From an uncultured Erysipelotrichaceae bacterium (GTDB taxonomy: Bacteria; Bacillota_I; Bacilli_A; RF39; UBA660), in contig CACYLI010000002.1 of assembly GCA_902775285.1 (NCBI GenBank), positions 82,756 through 146,755 of the forward strand: a stretch of DNA of 64,000 bases. The letters run 5' to 3'. The notes below the pieces were generated by a model. That model worked only from the letters and a program-made list of their open reading frames with translations, ran no database searches and was not told the origin of the DNA. Made by a program: the position numbers and the translations under genes. Shown here one piece after another: positions 1-9,396 of the stretch; the first letter of the stretch is position 1, and the number at the start of each line of letters is the position of its first letter.

Positions 1-106
1 TCATATTGTTTTGATTTTATTTTACATTCTTTTAAATAACCTTTTAATAGTGGCACACTTAATTGTGGCATGTTAAATGCTGTTCCTGGTAAAGTATATA
101 GATAAA

Positions 107-1180
107 TCATTGTATTATTTCCTTTACACGTTTTATTATTTCTTGAGAAAATTTCTCATTGTTAACCCAAATTTTAATAAATAGAACAATTTCATCAAAC
201 TTTTGAATACCTGCTAAATCATTTAAATTGTCATATACTTTATTCATTAGTTCACTATCATTAAAGATTATAGATATAAAATTAGCATCAGATTTAATAA
301 TTTCAATGCCTTTTAGATTTTTCAAAGAATCATATATCAAATTTCTATTACTTTTTATATATTCTCTAGTATCAACAAATGCTTTTAATATTTTATTATC
401 ATTTAATAAAGATACAAAGAAATTTTCTGAATAAGAAGTAACTGAATGAGGTGGGATAATTGTATTTCTTAACCCATCTATATTTTTTATTGTAACCATA
501 TATCCTGTTCTATAACCAGATGCAAGAAATTTTTTTGAAAATGATCTAAATATTATAACCCTATCATTTTTTAAACAAATATCAAGTAATCCATTTTCAT
601 TATCAGAATAATCAATATATGCTTCATCTATAACTAAAGTCCCTTTAAATATATCCAATATATTTTTTATCTGTTTTTTTGTAAACATTTCACCATTAAA
701 CCATCTTGGTGATGATATACATAATAAATCCTTATTACTTGTTTTAATTTTTTTTAAGTTTTTAATGAATTCTTCTGTATGAATTCCTTTTACAAATATT
801 ACCTTTTTATTATTTAAAAAAGCGGTTCTTTTATATAGGGAAAATTCTATATCAGGTAATATAACATTATCCCAAATTGTTAATCCAACTATTGCATTAA
901 TAAATTGACTAATACCTGCTCCTACATATATATAATCTTTTTTTACATTTATATAATTTGAAATAGCATTAACAAGTGGATCTTCTAATGGAAATGCTAA
1001 ATTATAATTAAAATCTCCATTTGCATTCTGCTTAAAATGTTTTATTTCCCACTTTCTTAATAATTTATTATTTTGCCATATTGATGCCATATTCCATTCA
1101 CCCCTTTCTACAAATAATAGCGCACATTGCAGGATTAAACTCTGGTATATCATGTGATATCCATTTCTTCTTAATATCAA
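107..1180 (-). CDS. PLP-dependent aminotransferase, class I/II (HisC/CobD-like)
   Basis: 357 aa; FRSFSKKF motif typical of the PLP-lysine of HisC-family aminotransferases; overall length and layout fit. Confidence 0.55.
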   Translation of the reverse strand: MILRRNGYHMIYQSLILQCALLFVERGEWNMASIWQNNKLLRKWEIKHFKQNANGDFNYNLAFPLEDPLVNAISNYINVKKDYIYVGAGISQFINAIVGLTIWDNVILPDIEFSLYKRTAFLNNKKVIFVKGIHTEEFIKNLKKIKTSNKDLLCISSPRWFNGEMFTKKQIKNILDIFKGTLVIDEAYIDYSDNENGLLDICLKNDRVIIFRSFSKKFLASGYRTGYMVTIKNIDGLRNTIIPPHSVTSYSENFFVSLLNDNKILKAFVDTREYIKSNRNLIYDSLKNLKGIEIIKSDANFISIIFNDSELMNKVYDNLNDLAGIQKFDEIVLFIKIWVNNEKFSQEIIKRVKEIIQ

Positions 1181-1793
1181 AATTATTAACTAACAATTCT
1201 TGTTCAAAAGTTTTCCAATTTACAACTTTACAAGAAGTTGCGGCAATATTAATTTCTTTTTTGTTATTAACAACAACTCTTTTAACATCATCAAATGCAT
1301 TGTTAATATCAGTTTCATACATTTTTTCTCCATCACCCATTGAAGCAATTAATGCTATTCCATTTGGTTTTAAGTGATCATATATGAATTTATAAAATTT
1401 ATTTCTGTGTTCTTCCATAACAAACATATGAATAACTGCTATTGAATAAATAAAGTCATATTTTTGATTTAATGTATCTTCAATAATATCTAATTGTTTA
1501 AATCTATTATTATATTTATAATTTGACAATTCTTTACATTTCTTTATTGCTGTATCTGAATAGTCAATAGCCATTACATTATAATTTTTATTTAAAAGAA
1601 ATATTGCATCTCGTCCTTCACCACAACCAATTTCTAATATTTTTTCTTTATTTGAAATTTTATTATTTAATATTGTTTCAATAACATCAGGACTTGGATT
1701 TTTTGATGACCATAAATAATCATTTTCATATACCTGCTTATATCTTTTTTCATAAGCTTTATAATAATCTAATTTACACTTTTCTTTTTTCAT
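1098..1793 (-). CDS. class I SAM-dependent methyltransferase
   Basis: LEIGCGEGRD glycine-rich SAM-binding motif I; 231 aa; paralog of the ORF at 5341-5940. Confidence 0.7.
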   Translation of the reverse strand: MKKEKCKLDYYKAYEKRYKQVYENDYLWSSKNPSPDVIETILNNKISNKEKILEIGCGEGRDAIFLLNKNYNVMAIDYSDTAIKKCKELSNYKYNNRFKQLDIIEDTLNQKYDFIYSIAVIHMFVMEEHRNKFYKFIYDHLKPNGIALIASMGDGEKMYETDINNAFDDVKRVVVNNKKEINIAATSCKVVNWKTFEQELLVNNFDIKKKWISHDIPEFNPAMCAIICRKG

Positions 1794-1927
1794 ATAACCA
1801 CCAAACCTTGTTATATTATATCAACAAAAAAGGGACTTTAAAACAAGGCCCTCCTCCTCCACAAATGCTATGAATCAATTTTTCATTTATTTTATTACTA
1901 TTTTTATAAAAAATCAATATTTTATTT

Positions 1928-2311
1928 TTATTTAAACTTCTTTATTGATACAACAACATCATTAGCAGAAGCTATTGCAATTCCTTTTAATAATGTTTCA
2001 ACATTAACTTTACTTCCTTCTTCAATAAATATTTGTGTTCCACCCATTCCAGCTGCATTTTTAGAAATATTCACTTCATCTTTTAATGAAATACTACCAT
2101 TTTCTAATTTTTCCATTAAAAGTAATAAAGTCATTATTTTAGTCATACTAGCTGGACTTCTTTTAGTATTTTTTTCTTTTTCATAAAGAATTTTACCTGT
2201 AGATGTTTCAACTAATATAGCAGCCTTTGCAGATGGAGCCAAATCTATACTTTCTGCATTAATTTTCATAATAAATACTAATGATAAAATAATAAATAAA
2301 ATTTTTTTCAT
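1928..2311 (-). pseudogene. truncated D-alanyl-D-alanine carboxypeptidase (PBP5/DacF-like), N-terminal remnant
   Basis: Signal peptide, SxxK active-site motif (SMTK) and SxN motif (SAND) are present. The ORF stops after 127 aa; full-length homologs are about 380-430 aa. The KTG box and C-terminal domain are missing, and only 134 nt separate it from the next gene. Confidence 0.6.
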
Positions 2312-2391
2312 ATACTCACCTATTAAAGAATATGAAAAAATAAAAAAATAATTAATAAAAAAGGTTTTTACTTTTTGTAAAAACCTATGTA

Positions 2392-3186
2392 TTATTTTTC
2401 TTTTTGAATTGATTCAACTATTTTTTTAACAGCTTCAGCATTTCCATTACCTTGTCTAAATGAATCAATCATTTCAATTGGAACACAGAATATTAATGTA
2501 TTAGATTGATCTGATGATACATCATTAATTGTAGATAATGTTCTTAAATGTAAAGCTCCAGGAGTTGAAGCCATAGTTTTTGCAGCTTCTGCTAAATTTT
2601 TTGCAGCTTCAGTCTCACCTTGAGCTTTTGTAATAACAGCCATTTTTTCTCTTTCAGCTTCTGCTACTTTAGCTATAACTCTCTTCATATCTTCTGGAAG
2701 AGTAATGTCTTTTAATTCAACATTTTCTACTTTGATTCCCCAAGGATCTGTAGCAGCATCAATTATTTTACATATTTCTTCAGATAATTTTTCTCTTTCA
2801 GAAAGTAAATCATCTAAAGTAACTGAACCAACTGCATTTCTCATTGTAGTTTGAGCTAATTGACTAACAGCAAAATAGAAATTTTCAACTTCTAATACAG
2901 CTTTAGCAGCATCAAAAATCTTATAGTAAATAACTGCATTAATTCTAACTGAAACATTATCTTTTGTAATTGCATCTTGTTCAGGAACATCAACAACTTT
3001 TGTTCTTATATCAACTTTTTTATATGTTTCAATTATTGGTAATATAAGTCTCCATCCTGGATTTAGTATTTTAACAAATTTACCTTTGCTAAACTTAATT
3101 CCCCTTTCATATTCATTAATTTGAACAATACTTCTAAGTAATATCACTACTACAATAAAAATAATAAATCCTAACGCAACGTCCAT
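2392..3186 (-). CDS. SPFH/band 7 family protein (stomatin-like)
   Basis: N-terminal TM helix followed by an SPFH domain (…RTKVVDVPEQDAITKDNV…AVSQLAQTTMRNAVG…) and a C-terminal coiled coil. Confidence 0.75.
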   Translation of the reverse strand: MDVALGFIIFIVVVILLRSIVQINEYERGIKFSKGKFVKILNPGWRLILPIIETYKKVDIRTKVVDVPEQDAITKDNVSVRINAVIYYKIFDAAKAVLEVENFYFAVSQLAQTTMRNAVGSVTLDDLLSEREKLSEEICKIIDAATDPWGIKVENVELKDITLPEDMKRVIAKVAEAEREKMAVITKAQGETEAAKNLAEAAKTMASTPGALHLRTLSTINDVSSDQSNTLIFCVPIEMIDSFRQGNGNAEAVKKIVESIQKEK

Positions 3187-3242
3187 AATAGTTCTCCTTT
3201 CAATATAATTATACTACATAAAAAGAATAATACAATTAAATA

Positions 3243-3566
3243 TTATTCTTCTTTATCGCATTTTCTTTCTATTTGATAATTATCATTAAATAAACCTTTT
3301 GAATAAACAACACTTTTTATACAATACTTATTAATTATCTCAGGTAATATATATTCACCATCAATTAAGTCTTTTGAATAAATAACTACTGATTTGCTAA
3401 TTTTAGGTGTTAAACCTTTATCAGCTATATATTTTCTTGTTATTTCTTTAATATTTGATTCTACTTTCATATAATTTCTATCTTGATTTTTAAATCCTAT
3501 CAATAAAAGTAAAACCATTAAAAGCATAATTACAGTTGCCCATAAAACCATTAATTTACTACTCAT
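3243..3566 (-). CDS. hypothetical membrane protein
   Basis: Hydrophobic N-terminal helix; overlaps the upstream ORF by 8 nt; no recognisable motif. Confidence 0.4.
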   Translation of the reverse strand: MSSKLMVLWATVIMLLMVLLLLIGFKNQDRNYMKVESNIKEITRKYIADKGLTPKISKSVVIYSKDLIDGEYILPEIINKYCIKSVVYSKGLFNDNYQIERKCDKEE

Positions 3567-3969
3567 ATTCTTCCCTATATCCTGTAGTTTTATAAGTACT
3601 ACATCTTATATATGAAACTGCATTTCCGCCATTTACTATCATAGAGTATCCCTTACATTCTCTATTTCTATTATCAAATATGGAAGTCATATAACCCTTA
3701 TTTTTAAGTGTATCTACACTAACAATTACTGTATCCATATTATTATAATATAAATCATTATAGTACCTTTTAGCAGCATCTGATACTGTTTTTTCTAAAG
3801 AAACAAAATCAAAATCTTTTTCTCTCGTATAATTTATTGGATCCAAAACTTCATCTCTTCTACCAAATATACCCATTCTATGAAGAAGAATAGTTGAAAC
3901 AAGAATACAAATTACAAATAATAAAACAAATGCTAATTCAGCTCTTAATCCCCATCCATGTTTATTCAT
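3559..3969 (-). CDS. hypothetical membrane protein (weak TadE/pseudopilin-like N-terminus)
   Basis: N-terminal RAELAFVLLFVICILV hydrophobic segment; sits where ffh would be expected after ylxM. Confidence 0.4.
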   Translation of the reverse strand: MNKHGWGLRAELAFVLLFVICILVSTILLHRMGIFGRRDEVLDPINYTREKDFDFVSLEKTVSDAAKRYYNDLYYNNMDTVIVSVDTLKNKGYMTSIFDNRNRECKGYSMIVNGGNAVSYIRCSTYKTTGYREEYE

Positions 3970-4008
3970 ATACTATAATCTCCTAACACAATAATTATAC
4001 ATCAATTT

Positions 4009-4299
4009 TTATAATAATTGAAGTATTTCATTTCTAGTTTTTTCGTCTAAACTCTTAACAATTTCTTTAATTTTTTCATTTTTTACATATAGATTTAGTT
4101 TATTTTCATAATTATTTAATTTTTTACTTATATTATTTAAATATTTTCCAACATAAGATTTACTTACTTCAAAGTTATCAGCTATTTCTTGCAAACTATA
4201 ATCTTCATAATAATAATTTTCAAAATAACTCTTTTCTCTTTGAGTTAATAAGCAATTATATATTTCATATAATGCTAAAATATATTCTCTTTCTTTCAT
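4009..4299 (-). CDS. ylxM: UPF0122/YlxM putative DNA-binding protein (SRP operon-associated)
   Basis: 96 aa with a sigma-70 region-4-like HTH (LTQREKSYFENYYYEDYSLQEIADNFEVSKSYV); immediately downstream of ftsY, as in Firmicutes. Confidence 0.7.
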   Translation of the reverse strand: MKEREYILALYEIYNCLLTQREKSYFENYYYEDYSLQEIADNFEVSKSYVGKYLNNISKKLNNYENKLNLYVKNEKIKEIVKSLDEKTRNEILQLL

Positions 4300-5327
4300 T
4301 AAAACTCCTTAAATAAACCATATATGTATTTTTCTATATCAAATGGTATTAAATCTGTTTCTTTTTCACCAAGACCTACAAATTTAACTGGTATATCAAC
4401 TAATTCTTTTATAGCAAGTACTATTCCACCTTTAGCAGTTCCATCTAGTTTTGTAAGAACTATTCCAGTTATATTAGTTATTTCTTTAAAACTTTTAGCT
4501 TGACTAATTCCATTTTGACCAGTAGTTGCATCTATTACAAGTAGAGTTTCACAGGGTTCACCCTCTATAATTTCATTTATAACTCTATTCATTTTTTCAA
4601 GTTCTTTCATTAAATTTACTTTATTTTGAAGTCTTCCTGCTGTATCAATTAATACTACATCATAGTTTTCACTCTTTGCTTTATTTAATCCATCATATAT
4701 TACAGCAGATGGATCAGTTCTATCATCTCCATAAAAATCTACATTAATTCTACTTGCCCATTCTTTTAATTGATTTACTGCCCCTGCTCTAAAAGTATCA
4801 CCGGCAATTAGCATAATCTTTTTACCATCTTTTTTTAAATTATATGCAATTTTAGCTATGCTTGTTGTTTTTCCTACTCCATTTACACCAACAAACAATA
4901 CAACATTTGTTTTTCCATCTACGATATTTAGTTTTGAAGATAAAATATCTCCATCAACATAAATCATAAATAATTCATCTACAATAACTTCTTTTAGATA
5001 TTCAAAATCTTCAATATGTTCTTCTTTAACACGACGCTTTAATCTATCAACAAAATCCATTACAGTATTAACACCAATATCTGCAGTTATTAAAATTTCC
5101 TCTAATTCATCATAAAAATCATCACTTATTTTTGTATATTTAATACCAAGTATTGATAATTTGTTTACAAAATTATCTCTTGATTTAGACAAACCATCTA
5201 CATACTTTACAGTCTCATTAATCTCTTTTTCTTCTTCTTCAGTTACACTAGTTTTTTTCTCTTCTATTTTTTCTTTTATTTCTTCTTGTTTACTAAAAAC
5301 TTTTTTAAGTTTATCAAATAATCCCAT
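4299..5327 (-). CDS. ftsY: signal recognition particle receptor FtsY
   Basis: SRP GTPase motifs GVNGVGKTT, DTAGR and TKLDGTAKGG; acidic N-terminal region. Confidence 0.9.
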   Translation of the reverse strand: MGLFDKLKKVFSKQEEIKEKIEEKKTSVTEEEEKEINETVKYVDGLSKSRDNFVNKLSILGIKYTKISDDFYDELEEILITADIGVNTVMDFVDRLKRRVKEEHIEDFEYLKEVIVDELFMIYVDGDILSSKLNIVDGKTNVVLFVGVNGVGKTTSIAKIAYNLKKDGKKIMLIAGDTFRAGAVNQLKEWASRINVDFYGDDRTDPSAVIYDGLNKAKSENYDVVLIDTAGRLQNKVNLMKELEKMNRVINEIIEGEPCETLLVIDATTGQNGISQAKSFKEITNITGIVLTKLDGTAKGGIVLAIKELVDIPVKFVGLGEKETDLIPFDIEKYIYGLFKEF

Positions 5328-5340
5328 ATTATCACATCCT

Positions 5341-5940
5341 TTATTTAGTCTTCTTTAAAATAAAATTATTCCAATACTTCGTTTCATTAGGATTACTTAC
5401 TGATTTAGACATATAAATTAATTCTATATCCATTCCTGATTCATATGTTAGTTTCTCAACATCACTTACTTTCATATAATTATAATATCTTCCGTCAGGA
5501 GTAATCTCCACACCTTCACCATTTTTTAATGCAATAAACATATGTCCAGAGTCTTTCAATGAATCTCTTAATCTTATTAAAGTGTCTAACATTTTAGACT
5601 TATCCACATGTAAGAGTGAAGCACATGCCCAAACTCCATCATAACAATTTTTATCATTAAAATCTTCAAAGTTCATACATCTAACATTTAGTCCTGTATA
5701 TTCTCTTGCTAATTTACATAATTCTTCTGAACCATCTAATGCACTAACTCTATAACCTTTATTTTTAAAATATAATGAATCTCTTCCACTTCCACATCCA
5801 AAGTCTAATATTTTTCCACCTCTAGGAACAAAATGTAAAAATTCTTCATATTGTCTTGACATATCAGCATTAACAGTTATATCAAAATAATGTTTTGCAA
5901 ACTTATTATAATAATCTAATGTATTCATAATATATACCAC
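5341..5940 (-). CDS. class I SAM-dependent methyltransferase
   Basis: ILDFGCGSGRD motif I; 199 aa; paralogous to 1098-1793. Confidence 0.7.
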   Translation of the reverse strand: MVYIMNTLDYYNKFAKHYFDITVNADMSRQYEEFLHFVPRGGKILDFGCGSGRDSLYFKNKGYRVSALDGSEELCKLAREYTGLNVRCMNFEDFNDKNCYDGVWACASLLHVDKSKMLDTLIRLRDSLKDSGHMFIALKNGEGVEITPDGRYYNYMKVSDVEKLTYESGMDIELIYMSKSVSNPNETKYWNNFILKKTK

Positions 5941-5973
5941 CCTTAGTTATAATTATAATATAAATAATCTATT

Positions 5974-6002
5974 TTGACAAATAAAGATATTTTTGTTATA
6001 AT
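5974..6002 (+). promoter_or_regulatory. sigma-A type promoter for rnj
   Basis: TTGACA (5974-5979), 17-nt spacer, TATAAT (5997-6002); RBS-like aggaaa upstream of the ATG at 6042. Confidence 0.5.
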
Positions 6003-6041
6003 TAGCATTACTGATTTAACTTTTCGAAAGGAAATGATTTT

Positions 6042-7718
6042 ATGAATAGTAAAAATGGAGAGACTTTAGTCTGCGCTTTAGGTGGTCTTGGTGAAGTTGG
6101 AAAAAACATGTATGTTGTAATGCATGAAGATGAACTTTTTATAATAGATTGTGGTGTAATGTTCCCAGAAGATGATTTAATGGGTATTGATTATGTTCTA
6201 GCAGACTATACAGTTTTAAAAAATATGCAAGATAAAATAAAGGGATTAATTATTACTCATGGTCATGAAGATCATATAGGTGGTATTCCATTCCTTTTAC
6301 AAAATATTAACATTCCTGTTATTTATGCACCTAATATAGCAGGTAAATTAATTAGAAATAAAGTATCTGAAAGAAATATACCTTTACCAAAAATGATAAC
6401 AGTTAATGAGGATTTAATAATTAAAACTAAACATTTTAATATTGAATTCTTTACAACTACTCACTCTATTCCAGATTCTTTTGGAATGGCTATTAAAACT
6501 AAAAATGGTACTATCGTTGAAACTGGAGACTTTAAATTTGATTTAACTCCTATTGGACCAGTAGCTAATATGGGTAAAATGGCCAGAATTGGAAATGAAG
6601 GAGTTACACTTCTTTTAAGTGATTCAACTAATGCTTTACTTCCAGGTTTTTCAAATAGTGAATCTGTTGTTGATGAGGCTCTTGGTGAAATATTTGCTGA
6701 AAATACAACATCAAGAATAATTCTTGCTACATTTGCAAGTAATATATATAGACTTACTCATATAGTTGAAACTTGTAAAAAATATGGAAGAAAAGTTGTA
6801 GTATTTGGAAGAAGTATGAATACTAATATAGATATAGCTATAGAATGTGGATATATTAAAGATAAAGATTTATTTATAAATAGTGATGAGGCTAATAGAA
6901 TGGATCCTTCTAAGGTATGTTTACTATGCACAGGTTCTCAAGGTGAACCACTAGCAGCTCTTTCTAGAATAGCAAATGGAAATGATAGAAATATTACATT
7001 GATGCCAGAAGATACAGTAATATTTTCATCTTCACCTATTCCAGGCAATGCAATGTCAATAAATAGAATAATAAACAAACTTTATTTAAAAGGCGCTAAA
7101 GTATATACAAACGCAAGTGAATCAAATGTTCATACAAGTGGACATGCTAGACAAGATGAATTAAAACTATTATTTAGATTAATTAAACCAAAATATTTTA
7201 TGCCAATGCACGGAGAATATAGAATGTTATCAGCTCATGCTTCTCTAGCAACATTATGTGATGTAAAAGAAGAAAATACTTTTATAAACAAAAATGGTGA
7301 TATTCTTGCTATTAAAGATAACAGAGTTTATAGAAAAGGTTCAATTCCAATAAATGATATATATGTAGATGGAAGTAGAATTGGCGATGTTGGAATTTCT
7401 ATAATAAAAGATAGAAAGATTATGTCAACTGATGGAGTTTTACTAGTAATACTAAATTTAGATATAGAAAATAGAAAAATGCTACTAGAGCCAAATATCA
7501 CTACAAGAGGATTTGTAGTTGTTAATGATAATCAAGAATTAATTAAGAAAATTCAAGATAAAACAAATATTATTACATTAAATGAACTTGAAAAAGATCA
7601 TTTTAGTCTAACTGATTTAAAAAACAGAATAATATTAGAAATTAATTCTTATGTTATTGAACTTACTGGTAGAAGACCTATTATTATTCCAATGATTTTA
7701 GAAATTAAAAAGCATTAA
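6042..7718 (+). CDS. rnj: ribonuclease J
   Basis: Metallo-beta-lactamase HGHEDHIGG motif, beta-CASP and C-terminal domains; 558 aa. Confidence 0.9.
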   Translation: MNSKNGETLVCALGGLGEVGKNMYVVMHEDELFIIDCGVMFPEDDLMGIDYVLADYTVLKNMQDKIKGLIITHGHEDHIGGIPFLLQNINIPVIYAPNIAGKLIRNKVSERNIPLPKMITVNEDLIIKTKHFNIEFFTTTHSIPDSFGMAIKTKNGTIVETGDFKFDLTPIGPVANMGKMARIGNEGVTLLLSDSTNALLPGFSNSESVVDEALGEIFAENTTSRIILATFASNIYRLTHIVETCKKYGRKVVVFGRSMNTNIDIAIECGYIKDKDLFINSDEANRMDPSKVCLLCTGSQGEPLAALSRIANGNDRNITLMPEDTVIFSSSPIPGNAMSINRIINKLYLKGAKVYTNASESNVHTSGHARQDELKLLFRLIKPKYFMPMHGEYRMLSAHASLATLCDVKEENTFINKNGDILAIKDNRVYRKGSIPINDIYVDGSRIGDVGISIIKDRKIMSTDGVLLVILNLDIENRKMLLEPNITTRGFVVVNDNQELIKKIQDKTNIITLNELEKDHFSLTDLKNRIILEINSYVIELTGRRPIIIPMILEIKKH

Positions 7719-7736
7719 TAATTTAATGCTTTTATT
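7707..7736. terminator. bidirectional rho-independent terminator
   Basis: aaaaagcattaa-taat-ttaatgcttttt hairpin flanked by A and T runs, between convergent rnj and the CPBP protease gene. Confidence 0.55.
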
Positions 7737-9162
7737 TTTTTATTAAATATAATTCAGAATTCTTTATTATAAAATAATCATTATTTGATGAAATCATATA
7801 AGGATACTTAGTATTAGTATTATCAAGTGTAGCATATCCTAAACTATTTATTTCAGGCAATTCAAATATTTTGAATGACTCTTTAAATTTTTCTAAATAA
7901 TCACTTCCCTGTTCTAAATTATCTTTAGTTATAAAATCACTATAGTAAATAGTAGTTTCATTTTCACTAGTTTGTACAACAAATAAGTAATTATTTTCAT
8001 TCTCTAATAATTCAAAATTAACTACATCATTATATTTTAACTTTGTTTCATAATCATTTATTTCATTTTTAATAGAAATAGTATTATCACTATTTAAAGT
8101 AAACTTATAATTAAATAATTCTGTAGTTTTATCTAATTCATTAGTTGTTTCTATTTCTTTTTCATATTCTATTTCATATTCGTTATAGTATGGAAAATGA
8201 AGTGTATAGTCTTTATTTTTTTCTATTTCATTATAAGAGTAACATACTTTATATTCAGAATACTCTGGAACAAAGTTCTCAAGTGGTATAAATAATGAAA
8301 AGAATAATATAACAATTGCTGTTACTATTCTATTATCATTACTTTTACTTGGTTTTTTATCTGGAAAATTAGTTTTTCTAAGAACAAGTACTGCAGATAA
8401 AATCCATATAGCACTTATTAAAATAATACCAATTCCATTTACAATTGTAACCCCAAGTGTTGGATCATTATATGTACAATCTTTAATAAGATTCATTTCT
8501 CCAATTATAATGGCTGCATCATACATAGCATGAAGACATATAACTGACCATATATTTTTTGTCTTATAATATATACTTCCAAGTAATATTCCTAAAGCAG
8601 TAGCATTGATTATTTGTAAAATAGTTTCAAATAAACTTTGCATATATATATTTGTAATATGCATTAATCCAAAAACTAATGAAGAAAGTACTATAGATAA
8701 AATAACACTTCTCTTATTTTCTGAATATCTTTCAATAAATTCATTTTGAATCCATCCTCTACATAAAAATTCTTCTGCTATACCAATTAATATACAAAAT
8801 ATTATTACATTTATAAATTTAGATAATGAAAATGAAGTCAAACTACTAATACTTGAAAATAAATTTAATGCTGTAATTACAAGCATAGGTACTGCAAGTT
8901 TAACACCATTTATAAATTTTTCTTTTTTATTAGTAAATACATATGCATTATTAAATAAAAGCATAACTATCAAAACAGACAAAGCATAAAACATCTCTGT
9001 TATTAATTCAGAACCATATTTATTAATAAATGATGATTGAGTTACAATATTAGCAAAAATTATTAATCCTAAATCTATAATTATAAAAATTAAAAACATC
9101 CATAAAAAGAAAAGATATATGGATTTTTTCTTTTTTCCCGTTTCTTCTTCCATACTAGCCAC
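7732..9162 (-). CDS. CPBP family intramembrane metalloprotease (CAAX protease-like) with a long extracellular C-terminal domain
   Basis: EEFLCRGW…FGLMH CPBP motifs within multiple TM helices; about 230 aa C-terminal extension. Confidence 0.7.
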   Translation of the reverse strand: MASMEEETGKKKKSIYLFFLWMFLIFIIIDLGLIIFANIVTQSSFINKYGSELITEMFYALSVLIVMLLFNNAYVFTNKKEKFINGVKLAVPMLVITALNLFSSISSLTSFSLSKFINVIIFCILIGIAEEFLCRGWIQNEFIERYSENKRSVILSIVLSSLVFGLMHITNIYMQSLFETILQIINATALGILLGSIYYKTKNIWSVICLHAMYDAAIIIGEMNLIKDCTYNDPTLGVTIVNGIGIILISAIWILSAVLVLRKTNFPDKKPSKSNDNRIVTAIVILFFSLFIPLENFVPEYSEYKVCYSYNEIEKNKDYTLHFPYYNEYEIEYEKEIETTNELDKTTELFNYKFTLNSDNTISIKNEINDYETKLKYNDVVNFELLENENNYLFVVQTSENETTIYYSDFITKDNLEQGSDYLEKFKESFKIFELPEINSLGYATLDNTNTKYPYMISSNNDYFIIKNSELYLIKK

Positions 9163-9207
9163 CCTCTATTCTGATAATAATTATACAATAAAAAATAAAT
9201 CATAACA

Positions 9208-9232
9208 ATAAAAAAAGCTCAAATATGAGCTT
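9208..9232 (-). terminator. rho-independent terminator downstream of tRNA-Ala
   Basis: aagctca-aatat-tgagctt hairpin followed, on the minus strand, by a T run. Confidence 0.5.
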
Positions 9233-9243
9233 AAATATCAATT

Positions 9244-9320
9244 TGGTGGAGAATGTGGGACTTGAACCCGCGACCTCCTGCGTGCAAGGCAGATGCTCTA
9301 GCCAACTGAGCTAATTCCCC
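9244..9320 (-). tRNA. tRNA-Ala (anticodon TGC)
   Basis: Reverse complement reads GGGGAATTAGCTCAGTTGGCTAGAGCATCTGCCTTGCACGCAGGAGGTCGCGGGTTCAAGTCCCACATTCTCCACCA. Cloverleaf is intact, the G3:U70 alanine identity pair is present, the anticodon loop is CTTGCAC, and CCA is encoded. Confidence 0.9.
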
Positions 9321-9396
9321 AAAAGGTAGGCACTTGATAACAATCAAGCATATTAATACTACCATAAACACTAAAGATAAGTCAAGCAAAATTTGC

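Noticed and set aside
228-434. Many short plus- or minus-strand ORFs embedded antisense inside larger genes (228-434, 1081-1377, 5161-5358, 12569-12955, 17365-17691, 19366-19725, 22369-22662, 24839-25024, 33190-33372, 42475-42756, 44648-44935, 51394-51612, 54537-54737, 55397-55654, 57044-57307, 57448-57630, 58651-58887, 60626-60823, 63277-63507)
   Set aside because: All lie wholly within, and antisense to or out of frame with, longer ORFs that have clear homology-style motifs. Their products are low-complexity F/I/L/S-rich strings of the kind expected from reading AT-rich DNA in the wrong frame. None has RBS or promoter support.
1794-1927. Possible terminator hairpin (gagggcc…gtccct plus T run) downstream of the truncated dac ORF
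   Set aside because: The stem is only 4-5 bp with a mismatch. It is too weak to call with confidence.
3559-3969. ORF with a pilin-like N-terminus (MNKHGWGLRAELAFVLLFV) as a type IV pilin or pseudopilin
   Set aside because: The G/E spacing does not match the prepilin peptidase consensus (E at +5). The resemblance to TadE-like N-termini is weak, so it is left as a hypothetical membrane protein.
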